NCBI RefSeq assembly: GCF_031769215.1
Contig: NW_026782942.1
Coordinates: 1-64,000 of the forward strand
Direction of reading: 5' to 3'
Length of the DNA: 64,000 nucleotides
Source of the DNA: Ylistrum balloti
Lineage: Eukaryota
Shown: positions 1 through 11,950 of the stretch, one piece after another
Layout: each line of letters opens with the position of its first letter
How positions within the stretch are numbered: position 1 is the stretch's first letter
The notes under the pieces: model-generated
The model's input: only the letters and a program-made list of their open reading frames with translations
Told to the model about the DNA's origin: nothing
The model's database searches: none
Translations under genes and position numbers: made by a program

Positions 1-473
1 ACTGGATTTGTTAAAACGTGTCTGATTGGCTGATATATACAGACCTTCATTGGCCCTCAGGCAATTTCACTCCGCCAACTTTCAATCCTACCTGACTTGT
101 CTTGGTGTTCAATTATCCAATTATCATGTCAACATTTAATTATGAGTTGGAATTCAATTACCCCCAGGACATTTCTATATCACACATTGCAAGTAATGAC
201 AAATATTCACGGTAATAATGACAGAAAACAAAGAAAGCACAAAAATAAAAAGTGACTTGACCATGTAACAGGCAGAAATTATATGATTTCTACGTGCTAG
301 TTTTCACTGTTGTATTGTATTGTGTTGTATTGTTTATTCATTTTAAGACTTGCAGCCTGTTAGTTAAATGCATAAGAATACAATGTACACAATATAACAC
401 TATTATAACACATAAAAGATATTCAGATGTTATATAAAACTTAGCTAACTTTGTACAAGACCAAAAAGAAACA

Positions 474-475
<2 letters not shown>

Positions 476-533
<58 letters not shown>
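476..533. repeat. (GA)n microsatellite, about 29 units
   Basis: Perfect GA dinucleotide run read directly; short (TA)n and (TG)n runs follow at about 582-606. Confidence 0.95.
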
Positions 534-534
<1 letters not shown>

Positions 535-871
535 GTATACGTAAGTAAATAAATACCACGTCCGTATAATATTTTAATGTACATATATATATATGTGTGT
601 GTGTGTGTTGTCTCTCACTAACATGATCACTCGACAGTTTATTCATTTACTATTGTGATTCGCTACAGCTCACCTACCCTATCTATAAACTGTTTCGTTC
701 TATGTCTTTTTTACATGTCATCCTATGCGGTGATTTGTTTTGGGTTTTTTTTTTTTCCTTGTGTGTATCATACAACGTTCTTGACAGTGTTAAGAAATGA
801 ATGAAGCAATAACTCACCAAATGAGGAATTTGCGTGGATGTCTTTTTTTTTCGAGTGAATTCAAAGAGACG

Positions 872-906
872 CTTTTTGAGAAAAGTGGGTGGCCCTGAAA
901 AGGGCC
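872..906 (-). promoter_or_regulatory. H2A 3' stem-loop and purine-rich downstream element
   Basis: Minus strand reads AAAAAC-GGCCCT-TTTC-AGGGCC-ACCCA (stem-loop 891-906), then CTTTT-CTCAAAAAG (872-880). Confidence 0.95.
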
Positions 907-942
907 GTTTTTCTGTTGGTGTACAAGGTACACGGGAACGGT

Positions 943-1344
<402 letters not shown>

Positions 1345-1392
1345 TTACGCGGAGCTACAACAGAATGAAAAACAAGTCGTCACCGTGTAGCG

Positions 1393-1408
1393 TTTTATAC
1401 TACGGATC
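1393..1408 (-). promoter_or_regulatory. H2A core promoter: GATCC motif and TATA box
   Basis: Minus strand GATCC-GTAG-TATAAAA about 75 nt upstream of the ATG; a GATCC motif just 5' of TATA is known from invertebrate histone promoters. Confidence 0.75.
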
Positions 1409-2255
1409 GAAATTGTAGCGCGCGAGAAAAATAGGGGGTGTTTTCTGAGACAACTTGGAGGTTCGAGTGGTTTTGTATAGCGCGCATGTATGTAAGAATT
1501 TTTGATCCTACCTGGGACGGCTATGGTATAAAAGTGAAAAACTCGGCCGAGTGCGTAAAGTCAATCCTCCATAACCCCGATAGATAATCTTCCAACCCGG
1601 GAAAAAACCATTCCTCTGAGCGTAAAAACCAAATCTTTTTACATATGAACTCCCCACGAACATGACGGTCTTCATCTTGAATTATATCGTACTAGGTATA
1701 GTCACATATATTTATACCCAACATCCACAATAATTTAAACCCATACCTACAAGTAAAACAACATAAACACAAACAACACGTCAGCCAAATAAACAACAAA
1801 CACCATAACATAGTAAGGAAACAAAACGCAACAACCACGCAAGAAAACACCCCATATACCAATCTAGACATCAAACAAGTACACCAACAATTAACACACA
1901 AACACAAACATCACACAATGTGACCGAGCAATTAAAAGACACTAGGAACAACACACAACAACATAAGCCTACAAGAACATACAAACACACACAAACACAC
2001 ACAAACACAATACATAACATCAAACGCTTCAATATCACCTAAAACACATATATTACAGTATCAGAAGGGTTTAAACTACAAAGTCTCGTAAGAAGGAATG
2101 CGCTGAGGAGAAATTATTATTACTACTATTATTTTTTTTATTTTTCCACACCACTACATCATCATACACAACATCAAGTCCCCCCTGTATCCAGAAGTCC
2201 CCCTGATCTTATCTCCCCCGCAGTATCTCTCAACTTTTTCGCTCCAATAGCACTC

Positions 2256-2258
<3 letters not shown>

Positions 2259-2302
<44 letters not shown>

Positions 2303-2875
2303 AAAAAAAAAAAAAAAAAAAAAAAAAAACTTACCCCATTAGCACTCTACCACTATCTTCACTACCACCACCCCTCTCCCCCTCATTAACCTTCAACCTC
2401 TCTGCACATACCACAATCATGCCTATACCCTCCTATAATCATTATAATAAAAAAAAAAAAAAAAAAAAAAAAAGTGTTGCTGGCCAAATATCCTTTCATA
2501 TGTTGAAATCAGCGGTTGGGTTAAGAAAGGAAAGAAGGGGAAGGGATGAAGTAAAGGGAGAGAGTGAAAAGGGAAAGTAAAGATAAAAGGAAAAGGAAGG
2601 AAAAGAAATGGCAGGTTTTAATAGAAGGAAAGGGAAAGAGCGGGAAAGGGAACGGAGAAGAGGAAAACCGTACAGAGAGATTGGGTGACCTCGACCAGGT
2701 GCGAGCGTTAGCCATATATGGTCTATATAACCATATATGGAAAGTTAAGTACACTTATCAAATGGGGGTGTCCCCACCAACGTACGAGCAATAATCGGGG
2801 TTCGATCCCACGCATTGACGGTTTTTTTTTTTTTTTTTTCCTCAGAAACATGATGTAGTTGGAACGAAGCCGGCA

Positions 2876-2908
<33 letters not shown>
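2259..2908. repeat. Cluster of homopolymer and low-complexity tracts
   Basis: A-runs 2259-2329 and 2449-2473, purine tract about 2522-2670, T-runs 2822-2839 and 2879-2908. Confidence 0.9.
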
Positions 2909-3759
2909 CTCTCTTTACTCACTCCTCCCCTACACCTCTCCTATGACCACAACACCCCAACCCTAACTAACATCAGCACAATAAGCACTGTAGATACGAG
3001 TCGCGAAGGACTGCTACCGACCCTAGCGAAAGGATATGATAGGTACAGAAAGAAAAGACATTACGAAAAGTAGCACAGTTGAAAGTAGAAAGTACAGATC
3101 AGAGCAAAAGCAAGGACTCATAGTGAGCACCAGCACATTACTAAAAACTAACAACACAGTCCGGCGGACGGGACTTAAAACGGTGGCCTGTGTGAGACCC
3201 GTCCAAGCTCGCACATTAAAGATCCTCCTGTGGTTTTCGATAATAAGAGTAGGCACCTCACGCCGCCCAGGAGCCCCCTTCCTCTATTTCGGCATATACA
3301 TATATAATTATATCCCCTATCTTTTTCTTATCAACTGACAATTAATTCAAATAACTATTAGACAAGGACTTCAAAAATTTCTTTATATATTTAATAAATA
3401 AATAAGTTAAGGGCCGTTTTTGGATTTGGTACCTGCACTGATAACTGGTGGAAACGACAGCAAAACACAAGCCTACACTCCTCGGACCAAGAAAGCGAAA
3501 ACGAATAACACAGGGCCAATAAACTTTTTAGATCCGGGAGTCATATCAAAACAACAAGACCTAGAGACTTTCAATATGACTCCCAACAATGAGGGGAGCA
3601 CCCCCCTCACGTCGCCAGAGAATCGACGTACGTCGATTGGATTCCGCCCGGCGACGGGAGGAATCACGGAGACGAAAAACTGCCAACAACAACAACAACA
3701 ACAACCGAGTGCGTATCATTACTGGTATCGACACTCGTCGTAATACAAGTAGTTACAAC

Positions 3760-4134
3760 ATGGGACCCAAGATTACCGGAACTAAAGGCGCCAAGAAGGC
3801 AGCCACCAAGGCAAAGGCCAACCGTGGCACCGACAAGAAAAGGAGGAGGAAGAGGAGGGAATCCTACAGCATCTACATCTACAAGGTGCTGAAACAGGTG
3901 CACCCCGACACTGGTGTTTCCAGCAAGGCTATGTCAATCATGAACAGCTTTGTCAACGACATCTTTGAGAGAATCGCCGCTGAGGCTTCCCGTCTCGCTC
4001 ACTACAACAAGAGGTCCACCATCACTAGTCGGGAGATCCAGACCGCTGTCCGTCTCCTACTGCCTGGTGAATTGGCCAAGCACGCCGTCAGTGAGGGTAC
4101 CAAGGCTGTCACCAAGTACACCAGCTCCAAGTAA
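3760..4134 (+). CDS. H2B: Histone H2B, 124 aa (true ATG at 3760, not 3589)
   Basis: [124 protein letters not shown]; ACAACATGG start context; stem-loop downstream. Confidence 0.99.
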   Translation: MGPKITGTKGAKKAATKAKANRGTDKKRRRKRRESYSIYIYKVLKQVHPDTGVSSKAMSIMNSFVNDIFERIAAEASRLAHYNKRSTITSREIQTAVRLLLPGELAKHAVSEGTKAVTKYTSSK

Positions 4135-4166
4135 ACTGTTGAAAGAAAGTTTACTATAACAAAAAC

Positions 4167-4201
4167 GGCCCTTTTCAGGGCCACCCATATTTCTCAAAAA
4201 G
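4167..4201 (+). promoter_or_regulatory. H2B 3' stem-loop and purine-rich downstream element
   Basis: GGCCCT-TTTC-AGGGCC (4167-4182), ACCCA, TATTT, CTCAAAAAG (4193-4201). Confidence 0.95.
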
Positions 4202-4699
4202 ACCTTAAGTAACACTCGAGGAAAAAATACGCATTTTATATACAGTCGTAGTGCTAGTCAACAACATGCTAATTCGTTATGTGTAGTGTAGTGTATGTAA
4301 TAAATGTTGATTGATTGATTGACTGACAGATTTGGTGAAGTAGGACAGTACGTATGGGTGCTGGAAATGATATTCGCGCGCGCGTGTTTATGTGTGCTTT
4401 CTGTTTTTTTCATACACGAATAGAACATAGGTATATTTTTGTTTGTAAAGGCTAATAATGATTCAGTATGAAATCATGACGAACAACAGCAATGATATAG
4501 GCTATTGTTGGAATCGAACGCGTCTTGCTTTTTTTTCAGACGCGTGAGATTTTTTTTTTCTTCATGTTGAATTGTATACATTTCATTACAAATTAGCATG
4601 AGCCTACACTCTTTTACAGCATAATGTTATATGAATCCTCAATTCTCACAGGTTGTTGTGTACTTTGTGGATTCTTGTTGTTTCGGGGTCGTTTTTACT

Positions 4700-5160
4700 G
4701 GTGTACGGTTGTTGTTGTTGTTGTTATTAGGAGATTGTATTGTATTTAGTCTTACCACCCGCCGTCGAGTGTTGAATAGACTGCTGCACTGTATAAAGAA
4801 TTATCGAGATCTGTTTATCCCCATTGCCATACCTAGCCAAGTTCCAGAAGTGAACAGTCAGTGTACAAAGCCTGAATCCGAATGATCACCAGTCCATGAC
4901 CGTTGAATCCTGAAGATTGTACCTATACCGGACTTTGGGCCTTGTAGTTGTATAGTTGTGTAGTTTGTAGGTTTTGTGTGTTTCTTTACAAGTGTTAACT
5001 CCCTTGCGATATTTGTTTTAAATGTTTTATGTTGTCTATTTGTGTAAGGTATTTCAGTACTAGTTTGTGGATTTTACGTGCTACTGAGCTAGGTTGTAGT
5101 AGTCTATCACTTTTTGTTTGAGGATATATTTAATTTCCCCAAACCTTGTAAAAATGTTTG
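4700..5160 (-). mobile_element. Diverged 3' end of a non-LTR retrotransposon (ORF2 C-terminus, 3' UTR, possible (ACA)n tail)
   Basis: Minus strand 5072-5016 translates IHKLVLKYLTQIDNIKHLK, similar to VHRLLLEFLRKIDYVDKI* at 5774-5830; its 3' UTR shares blocks with 6194-6285; (TTG)n at about 4708-4727. Confidence 0.6.
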
Positions 5161-5164
5161 TCTT

Positions 5165-6305
5165 GCAGTTATATGTTTGATTAGACAGCTAAACCTCATC
5201 GCTTTTACAATCAATACAGACTAGAAAAAGTGAAAGAATTAATGTAATTAATTCAATATTGATCTCGTTAAAAACATAAAACAGCAGGGGATTTTAGTAA
5301 ATTTTGAGTATGTACCATGAAATGTCGATATACTAGGAAATGAAAAAGCTGATGATCTAGCCAGAAAAGCTCCTCGGAAAAATACAATAGAATATAAGAT
5401 AAAAAATATTTCAGACAGAAGTACATTCTATTATCAATCAACAAATCAATAATAAATGGTCAGAAACTTGGAAAATTGGAAAGATCCAATAACCTAACGC
5501 AAATTATAGATAAACCAAATTCTAAATCAAACGCTTTAGGACGAAATAAATAAGATACTATTATTAGGAAGAACAAAATTAAAAATTGACAACAGTATAA
5601 TGGTTCAAAATATCTCACCAGACTGTACGAATTGTAGAACAGAAGAGACATAACATTTTTCTATATTGCAATAAATCCGATCATGAACGAAAAGATATAA
5701 TTGCCGAATTTAAAAGAATAAAAATCCGATATACATCCATCAAGGTTTAAAATCACGTGAAAATGAAAGACTAGTGCATAGATTGCTCCTCGAATTCTTA
5801 AGAAAAATTGACTACGTAGACAAAATATAAACGGCAAACAGAAAGGTAAAAGGGAGACAACTCTCCAAACATCAGAAACCTACAGAACATCATACACAAC
5901 AGTTATGATCCCCAGGATACCCAGGGAGACTGTATCAGAGAGGATTATAACTGCCCCTCTCATTCATTGGTGCATATTGACACCTCATGAGGTATGTGGT
6001 GTCCTCCAACCACAGCATTCACATTTGTAATATTACATGAAACAATACAAATGAATTAAGCAGCACACACAAGTAAACACGCTCCTTCAAGTATCTATTA
6101 AAACAAACGATTAAATAAGGAGGAAAATACACAAAGTCCACATATAAGACCCTACGGCCAGTACAGATCAAACATAACGGGAACTTCCGGGTACAACGGT
6201 CATGGACTGGTTTACAGTCAGATTCGTGTCTTGTACCCTGGCTTGTAGCATATGGAACACTGCTAGGTAGGGCGATGGGGATAAATGTTGAAATATTAAA
6301 AAAGT
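5165..6305 (+). mobile_element. Decayed RNase H-containing LINE (I-group-like): ORF2 3' part and 3' UTR
   Basis: Broken frame LDS*TSSLLQSIQ...VNFEYVP*NVDILGNEKADDLARKA (RNase H GNExAD motif), PDCTNCRTEET*H (zinc-knuckle-like), ending LLLEFLRKIDYVDKI* at 5828-5830; A-rich end at about 6300. Confidence 0.7.
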
Positions 6306-8610
6306 CACGGTAACAATTTGTTGAAATATAAAAGAAAGATGAAGTCCATAAGTTTAGTGTTCTTGTTTAATGGTGCATGTTTTGAGATACATACCAGCGG
6401 GTGCTATCTCTGTCTGTATCTGGAGACCGACTCAGTGTTAAGATACAGAAAGGGTTTATACACCATTTCTAACAAGGATGAGTGATCCATAAAATGATGA
6501 ATGATCAAGGTAGCCAGACTGAACATGTCTAACTTATCAAACATATAATATAAGATTAATGATGTAATACTGATGTCTTTTATTCCTGGTTACTTGACAT
6601 AATTACCTAAGGCAACATGTATTTCTGAAGATAAGGTTTTTGGATATAACTTCCTATTTTGCTATATACAAAATACGAGATTTTACTAATATAATAACCT
6701 TGATATTTTTTTTAGAAATGATATATTATGGTTCACTAACAGTTCTCGATAATAAATATACAGAACTGTTTATTCAACACTGATTATAGGGTCTTAAACT
6801 CGAAATCTGAACTCTCATACAATTAAACACAACACACAAACATACAAATCATATAAACACTTTACAAGTCCCCCCCCCCCGCCCAGTTTCATCCCCTCGT
6901 CCATCCCATCTCAAACCTTACATACATAGTACTTCTACACAAACTGCGTGGGGTATAATGGTATATAGTTTAAATTAGACAACTTAATCTCTCTCCAGGT
7001 ATACTCAAATGTAACTTGTTAGAATTAACACCCTTCTTGACTAGAGTCAACGAGCTCCTTTTCAAATCCCAAATATTTGGGTTTGTATTGACTACGAAAT
7101 TGACTTGTGATTTATAGCCATATTGTTTGAAATCATGTCTATAAATTCTTATTTTGAGTCGGATTTTGTTTCGACTGTACACAAAAAACGGACTGGTTGG
7201 AAACAAGACGATTTTCTCGGACGTTGTCAACTTTCACCTCCTCACAGTACAAAATTCCGGAAAATTTCTGAAACATTCTCTGTTGTGGTTATATCGTTTT
7301 AACAGAGACGCTGTTGCGTTAGTCCCTATTTTTACCGTACCCCGCGTTTTGTACGCAAGTCTACACACGTTCAGATTATGTCTGATTAGCTCAAAGAAGT
7401 AGGTCAACATCCAAGGCATATTATCACCTGGTCGTATATATCAAGGCCGGATTCATTTGTTTACACATTTTTCTGTATCCAGTCACATTTCACAAAATTC
7501 AATTATCTGAGAGTAATACAACATAAGCGTTAAATTTACCTCACAAGTTGTGGACAGTCTAGGCCTATTTCAATTATATCACAGGAATTTTTTTCATCTT
7601 AGGACATCAAAAAAATTCTAAGAATCTAATAAAATTTAATGAAGTTGGTAATAACTTTTCGTTGAAATACAACGCCGAAGAAATGACTTGAAGCTCTGGG
7701 CTACTTTCTATTTTCTTGCTTTTTTAAATAGTTGATTACCCGAAAGATGTTTTCCATGATAAAAAAAAAACAAATTTATGTTAGCAAGTCTATTTGTACC
7801 ACTTTCGAAGTTTTATCTAGTTCGAAGTTTTTTTTATCGTTCGTACAACTTGTTTACTAGTTCATTCAACTACGTTATCCCCCACGCACCCAATGAATGC
7901 CCTAATGAATTTTGATTTTTTGATCTGACAAAATATGCGTGGCGAAAACCGTTATAATTTGAACAGTTTATTGATATTCAGCGTCATCGTTATGTCAATT
8001 TAGACCTAAAATAAGTGTTGTTCAAACGGTACAGTCCGAGTCCGCGTCCAACAGTTATATTTACAAGTTCTCGATTTCATGCAATTTTTGTTTGATTCAT
8101 TGGCCCCTAAAACGTATTTGCGGTTTTCAGGTCTTTACCAAGATGCCATAATTCCCATTATGATAACTCCAATTTGCGTTTGAATGACAAATGACCTTCT
8201 GATGAAATTGCTATCGATTTAGCGGTCGTATCTACTTGGAAAAATTCTAAACTTGATTATTACGCCATTAGTAAGTACAATTACAATCGTAACTTTAAAT
8301 TATCGTTGGTGTTTATGCAAAGACAAAAATGATTTTTGATAATATAAAGCATTTGTCATGAAGTACAGTTGAAATACAACGAGATTCATTTGTTTATGAC
8401 AGAATAGAGAAAAAATGACTACAAAACTAAGTCGTATTTGAAACTCAAAATCAATTAAATAAAGCAAATATTTATATAACCGAAGTTGAAAACAAATGAA
8501 ATAAGATAAAATGTTTTATAATTTCGTGTCGACGGCATTTTCTATGCGATTTAGAATAAGTTATTTAATTTTGAATTGTTCCGAGTACATGAAATTTTCT
8601 ATCAAATTTA

Positions 8611-9590
8611 GTTTAGACTCAGGTTATATTGCACTATGTCACGGACGTGTTGAGAATCAGGGTATAGTGCACTATGTCACAGGGACGTGTTGAGACTCAG
8701 GTTATATTGCACTATGTCACGGACGTGTTGAGACTCAGGTTATATTGCACTATGTCACAGGGACGTGTTTAGACTCAGGTTATAGTGCACTATGTCACAG
8801 GGACGTGTTGAGACTCGGGGTATAGTGCACTATGTCAAAGGGACGTGTTAAGATTCAGGGTATAGTGCACTATGTAACGGACGTGTTTAGACTCAGGTGA
8901 TATTGTACTATGTCACGGGGACGTGTTTAGACTCAGGTTATCTTGCACTATGTCAAGGACGTGTTCAGACTCAGGGTATAGTGCACTATATCACGGACAT
9001 GTTGAGATCCGGGAATAGTGCACTATGTCAAGGGCGTGTTGAGACTCGGGGTATAATGCACTATGTCACGGACGTTTTTAGACTCAGGGTATAGTGCACT
9101 ATGTCAAAGGGCGTCAGGGTATAGTGCACTATGTCACGGACGTGTTCAGACTCAGGTTATCTTGCACTATGTCACGGGGATGAGTTGAGACTCGGGGTAT
9201 AATGCACTATGTCACGGACGTTTTTAGACTCAGGGTATAGTGCACTATGTCAAAGGGACGTGTTTAAACTCAGGGTATAGTGCACTATGTCACGGACGTG
9301 TTCAGACTCAGGTTATCTTGCACTATGTCACGGGGATGAGTTGAGACTCGAGGTATAGTGCACTATGTCACAGGGACGTGTTTAGACTCAGGGTATAGTG
9401 CACTATGACACAGGGACGTGTTTAGACTCGGGGTTTAGTGCACTATGTCACGGAAACATGTTGAGACTCGAGGTATAGTGCACTATGTCACAGGGACGTG
9501 TTTAGATTCAGGGTATAGTGCACTATGTCACAGGGATGTGTTTAGACTCGGGGTATAGTGCACTTTGTCACAGGGACGTGTTTGAACTCG
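8611..9590. repeat. Minisatellite, 38-40 bp unit, about 25 copies
   Basis: Consensus GTTTAGACTCAGGGTATAGTGCACTATGTCACAGGGACGT; degenerate tail to about 9750. Confidence 0.95.
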
Positions 9591-10063
9591 GAAAATTGCA
9601 CATTTTTTTTAAAGGAATTGCTTAAACTTCGGGGTACAGTGCTCTATACCAAAAGGATGTGTTTAAACTATCTTAAAGGAACATCTTAAGGGTTGGGATG
9701 TGGTGCACTATATCAAAGGGACATATTGGGTTGGGGTATTTTGCACTATGTTAAAAGAACAAAAACATCCGTGTGCGTAATTTTCTCTTGTGTTTTTTTC
9801 AAATACAAAAACAATCTTTAAAAAATCTAATTACATGCACGTTCATACATATGCGGAAACGGTAGCGGCTTATGTTTGAGAATTCTATCAAAATTACTGT
9901 TTTTCAATTCATCAACAACTACACTAACGTGTAAAGCAATAATAGATGGAAGTTTGGTATAACATATTTTTAACATTAAGATTTATAACTAGTAATTGGT
10001 AATACTGGAAATTTATCCTATGAGATAATCACATTGTGCACTTTTCAAAACACAACAGGGATA

Positions 10064-10125
10064 GTCGGGTGACACAGTGATAACTTATTCGTTTTTCCGC
10101 TTGACGTCCGGGGTTCGATTTCCGG
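10064..10125 (+). mobile_element. Degenerate tRNA-derived SINE head
   Basis: A-box-like GGTGACACAGTGA (10068-10080) and B-box-like GGTTCGATTTCC (10112-10123); no full cloverleaf. Confidence 0.35.
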
Positions 10126-10385
10126 AAATGACGTGAATAGATCAATAAAAAATATCGATTATTTGAATCAATATCAATAAAGCACTACAAATCAGACCAA
10201 AAGCAATTAATGAAACCCTCTATTAGAGTTAGTAATTATTTAAGAAATGTCAGACGGTTGAAACAATTCAAGAAAACGATAGAAATGAATGAAAATACTT
10301 CTAATAAAACACATGATTTACACGGAACATCTGTATAAAACAAAGGGGAAAATACCTTGAAACAATATCAATTAAGCCAAACCAA

Positions 10386-10745
10386 TCAGGGAAAACAATA
10401 ACAATAAGGCATTCTCATTCAGGGAAAACTAATACTAAGGTATTCTCAATCAGGGAAAACTATCACTAAGGCATTCTCAATCAGGGAAAACTATCACTAA
10501 GGCATTCTCAATCAGGGAAAACTATCACTAAGGCATTCTCAATCAGGGAAAACTATCACTAAGGTATTCTCAATCAGGGAAAACAATCACTAAGGCATTC
10601 TCAATCAGGGAAAACTATGACTAAGGCATTCTCAATCAGGGAAAACTATGACTAAGGCATTCTCAATCAGGGAAAACAATATCAATAAGACGTTGTCTGC
10701 CAGGGGAAACAATATCAATAAGACGTTGTCTGTCAGGGAAAACAA
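10386..10745. repeat. Minisatellite, 31 bp unit, about 11 copies
   Basis: ATCAGGGAAAACTATCACTAAGGCATTCTCA with period 31 (10449, 10480 and onward); last two units degenerate. Confidence 0.95.
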
Positions 10746-10954
10746 TGTAAACAAACATACACTGTCAATTAAGATTTACCAATTATTACATGCTAAATTC
10801 TATCAAATAATATCAATCGGTAAATCTGTGAAAAGTCTCTAATGAGTAGTCATGTTGTGGTAAATGAAGTAATTATAAACACTATAAATCAAGGAATATT
10901 AATAAATAAAAAGAATCAACAATATAAATTGATACAATAATTACTAAAATTGTA

Positions 10955-11950
10955 ATTGCGAGCAATAGCGGAAGTCACCCCAACCCTACAGTTCTTCCCA
11001 TACATCTACCTACCAATTTCATGGAAGTCGGACGATTGATTCAACCAATTAAGCGATAAAATGGCGTCCATTTTAAAATGAAATGTGAACTGAGATTAGA
11101 AATGTGACCGATGTCCGTTGACTAATTTACATACCTTAGATTTTGGATGATATTTCGGCAATGGCCAGAATATCGCGGTCATTTTATTGAGATGTTAAAC
11201 TGAGGCTACAACAGCGACCAAAATGTCAGTCATCCAACAAACCAATTTACATGGAAATCGCACAATATTTAAATTTTAAGTCCGTGTTTAGCTGCCATTT
11301 TGGATGAAAAGTCGACACTCGTTTTGTATTTTTTTGTATTCTGATTGATCATGTATAACAAAAGATATTCGTAGACAAGATTTCGGCCACCAGAGCATGC
11401 GGCCGCCATCTTGGAAATCAGATGTAGAAAAATGAAGGTAACTATACATAATACTGATCATGTATGCAAAGTGAATAGTATCTTACAATATCCACGGAGA
11501 CACACAGCAGAATAATAATTAAATAAGTATTTATATGAGAATACTGATATTTATGTTATTGACCGTAACCACTATACAACACTTGTTCTGAGTACATCTT
11601 AACTGAATTAGATGGTAAGACAACAAGAGGACGTTGTACAAACTCTACTTGCCGAAATATACTCTAGGGAATCCCATTTTTAAAAACGTTTGCTCAAGTA
11701 GCGCCATTTTGTTAACAAATTCTTTGAATGACTCGGATGCATCAATCTATAGTTTACTACCATATAACGTCAGAAACTTATCTTTAGTAGCAAGCTACAA
11801 TCGGATTATCTATAAGTCCCTACCTTCTTACTGCACTGTGGAAAAAATCAGTCGATAAACTTATGGTGCCGTAACTGTATAGTTTTAACCAAGGAACCAC
11901 AGTAACCTTTCGACTTTGATTGGAGGGCACAAAGTCCAGCTGGGATATTT
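10955..11950. mobile_element. Probable non-autonomous interspersed repeats (pearl/HINE-like, Helentron-related)
   Basis: Recurrent GCGGCCGCCATCTTGG, GCTGCCATTTTGG, GGCGTCCATTTT and GCGCCATTTTG motifs and an AACAAGAG start at about 11621, resembling bivalve pearl-type repeats as I recall them; not confirmed. Confidence 0.35.

Noticed and set aside
3621-3638. Perfect 18-bp palindrome AATCGACGTACGTCGATT overlapping a reverse CCAAT box upstream of H2B
   Set aside because: Single occurrence in sequence of doubtful quality; may be a promoter element, but nothing else supports it.
3589-3759. 57-aa N-terminal extension of H2B in the ORF track
   Set aside because: Non-ATG start, crosses a (CAA)n run and promoter-like DNA; the ATG at 3760 gives a normal-length H2B.
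6494-6573. C/D-box snoRNA-like layout (ATGATGA, CTGA, ATGATGT, CTGA)
   Set aside because: No terminal stem, intergenic, only a 7-nt resemblance to an rRNA target that I could see; such boxes arise easily in AT-rich DNA. A snoscan or Infernal run would settle it.
8199-8231. Hammerhead-like CTGATGA with a 7-bp stem followed by CGTAT
   Set aside because: The essential GAAA is GTAT, stems I and III were not found, and the upstream Penelope-like similarity (7150-8050) is too weak to call.
10064-10125. Possible tRNA genes here and at 40067-40140
   Set aside because: Only A/B-box-like motifs; acceptor and anticodon stems do not form, so kept as low-confidence SINE heads.
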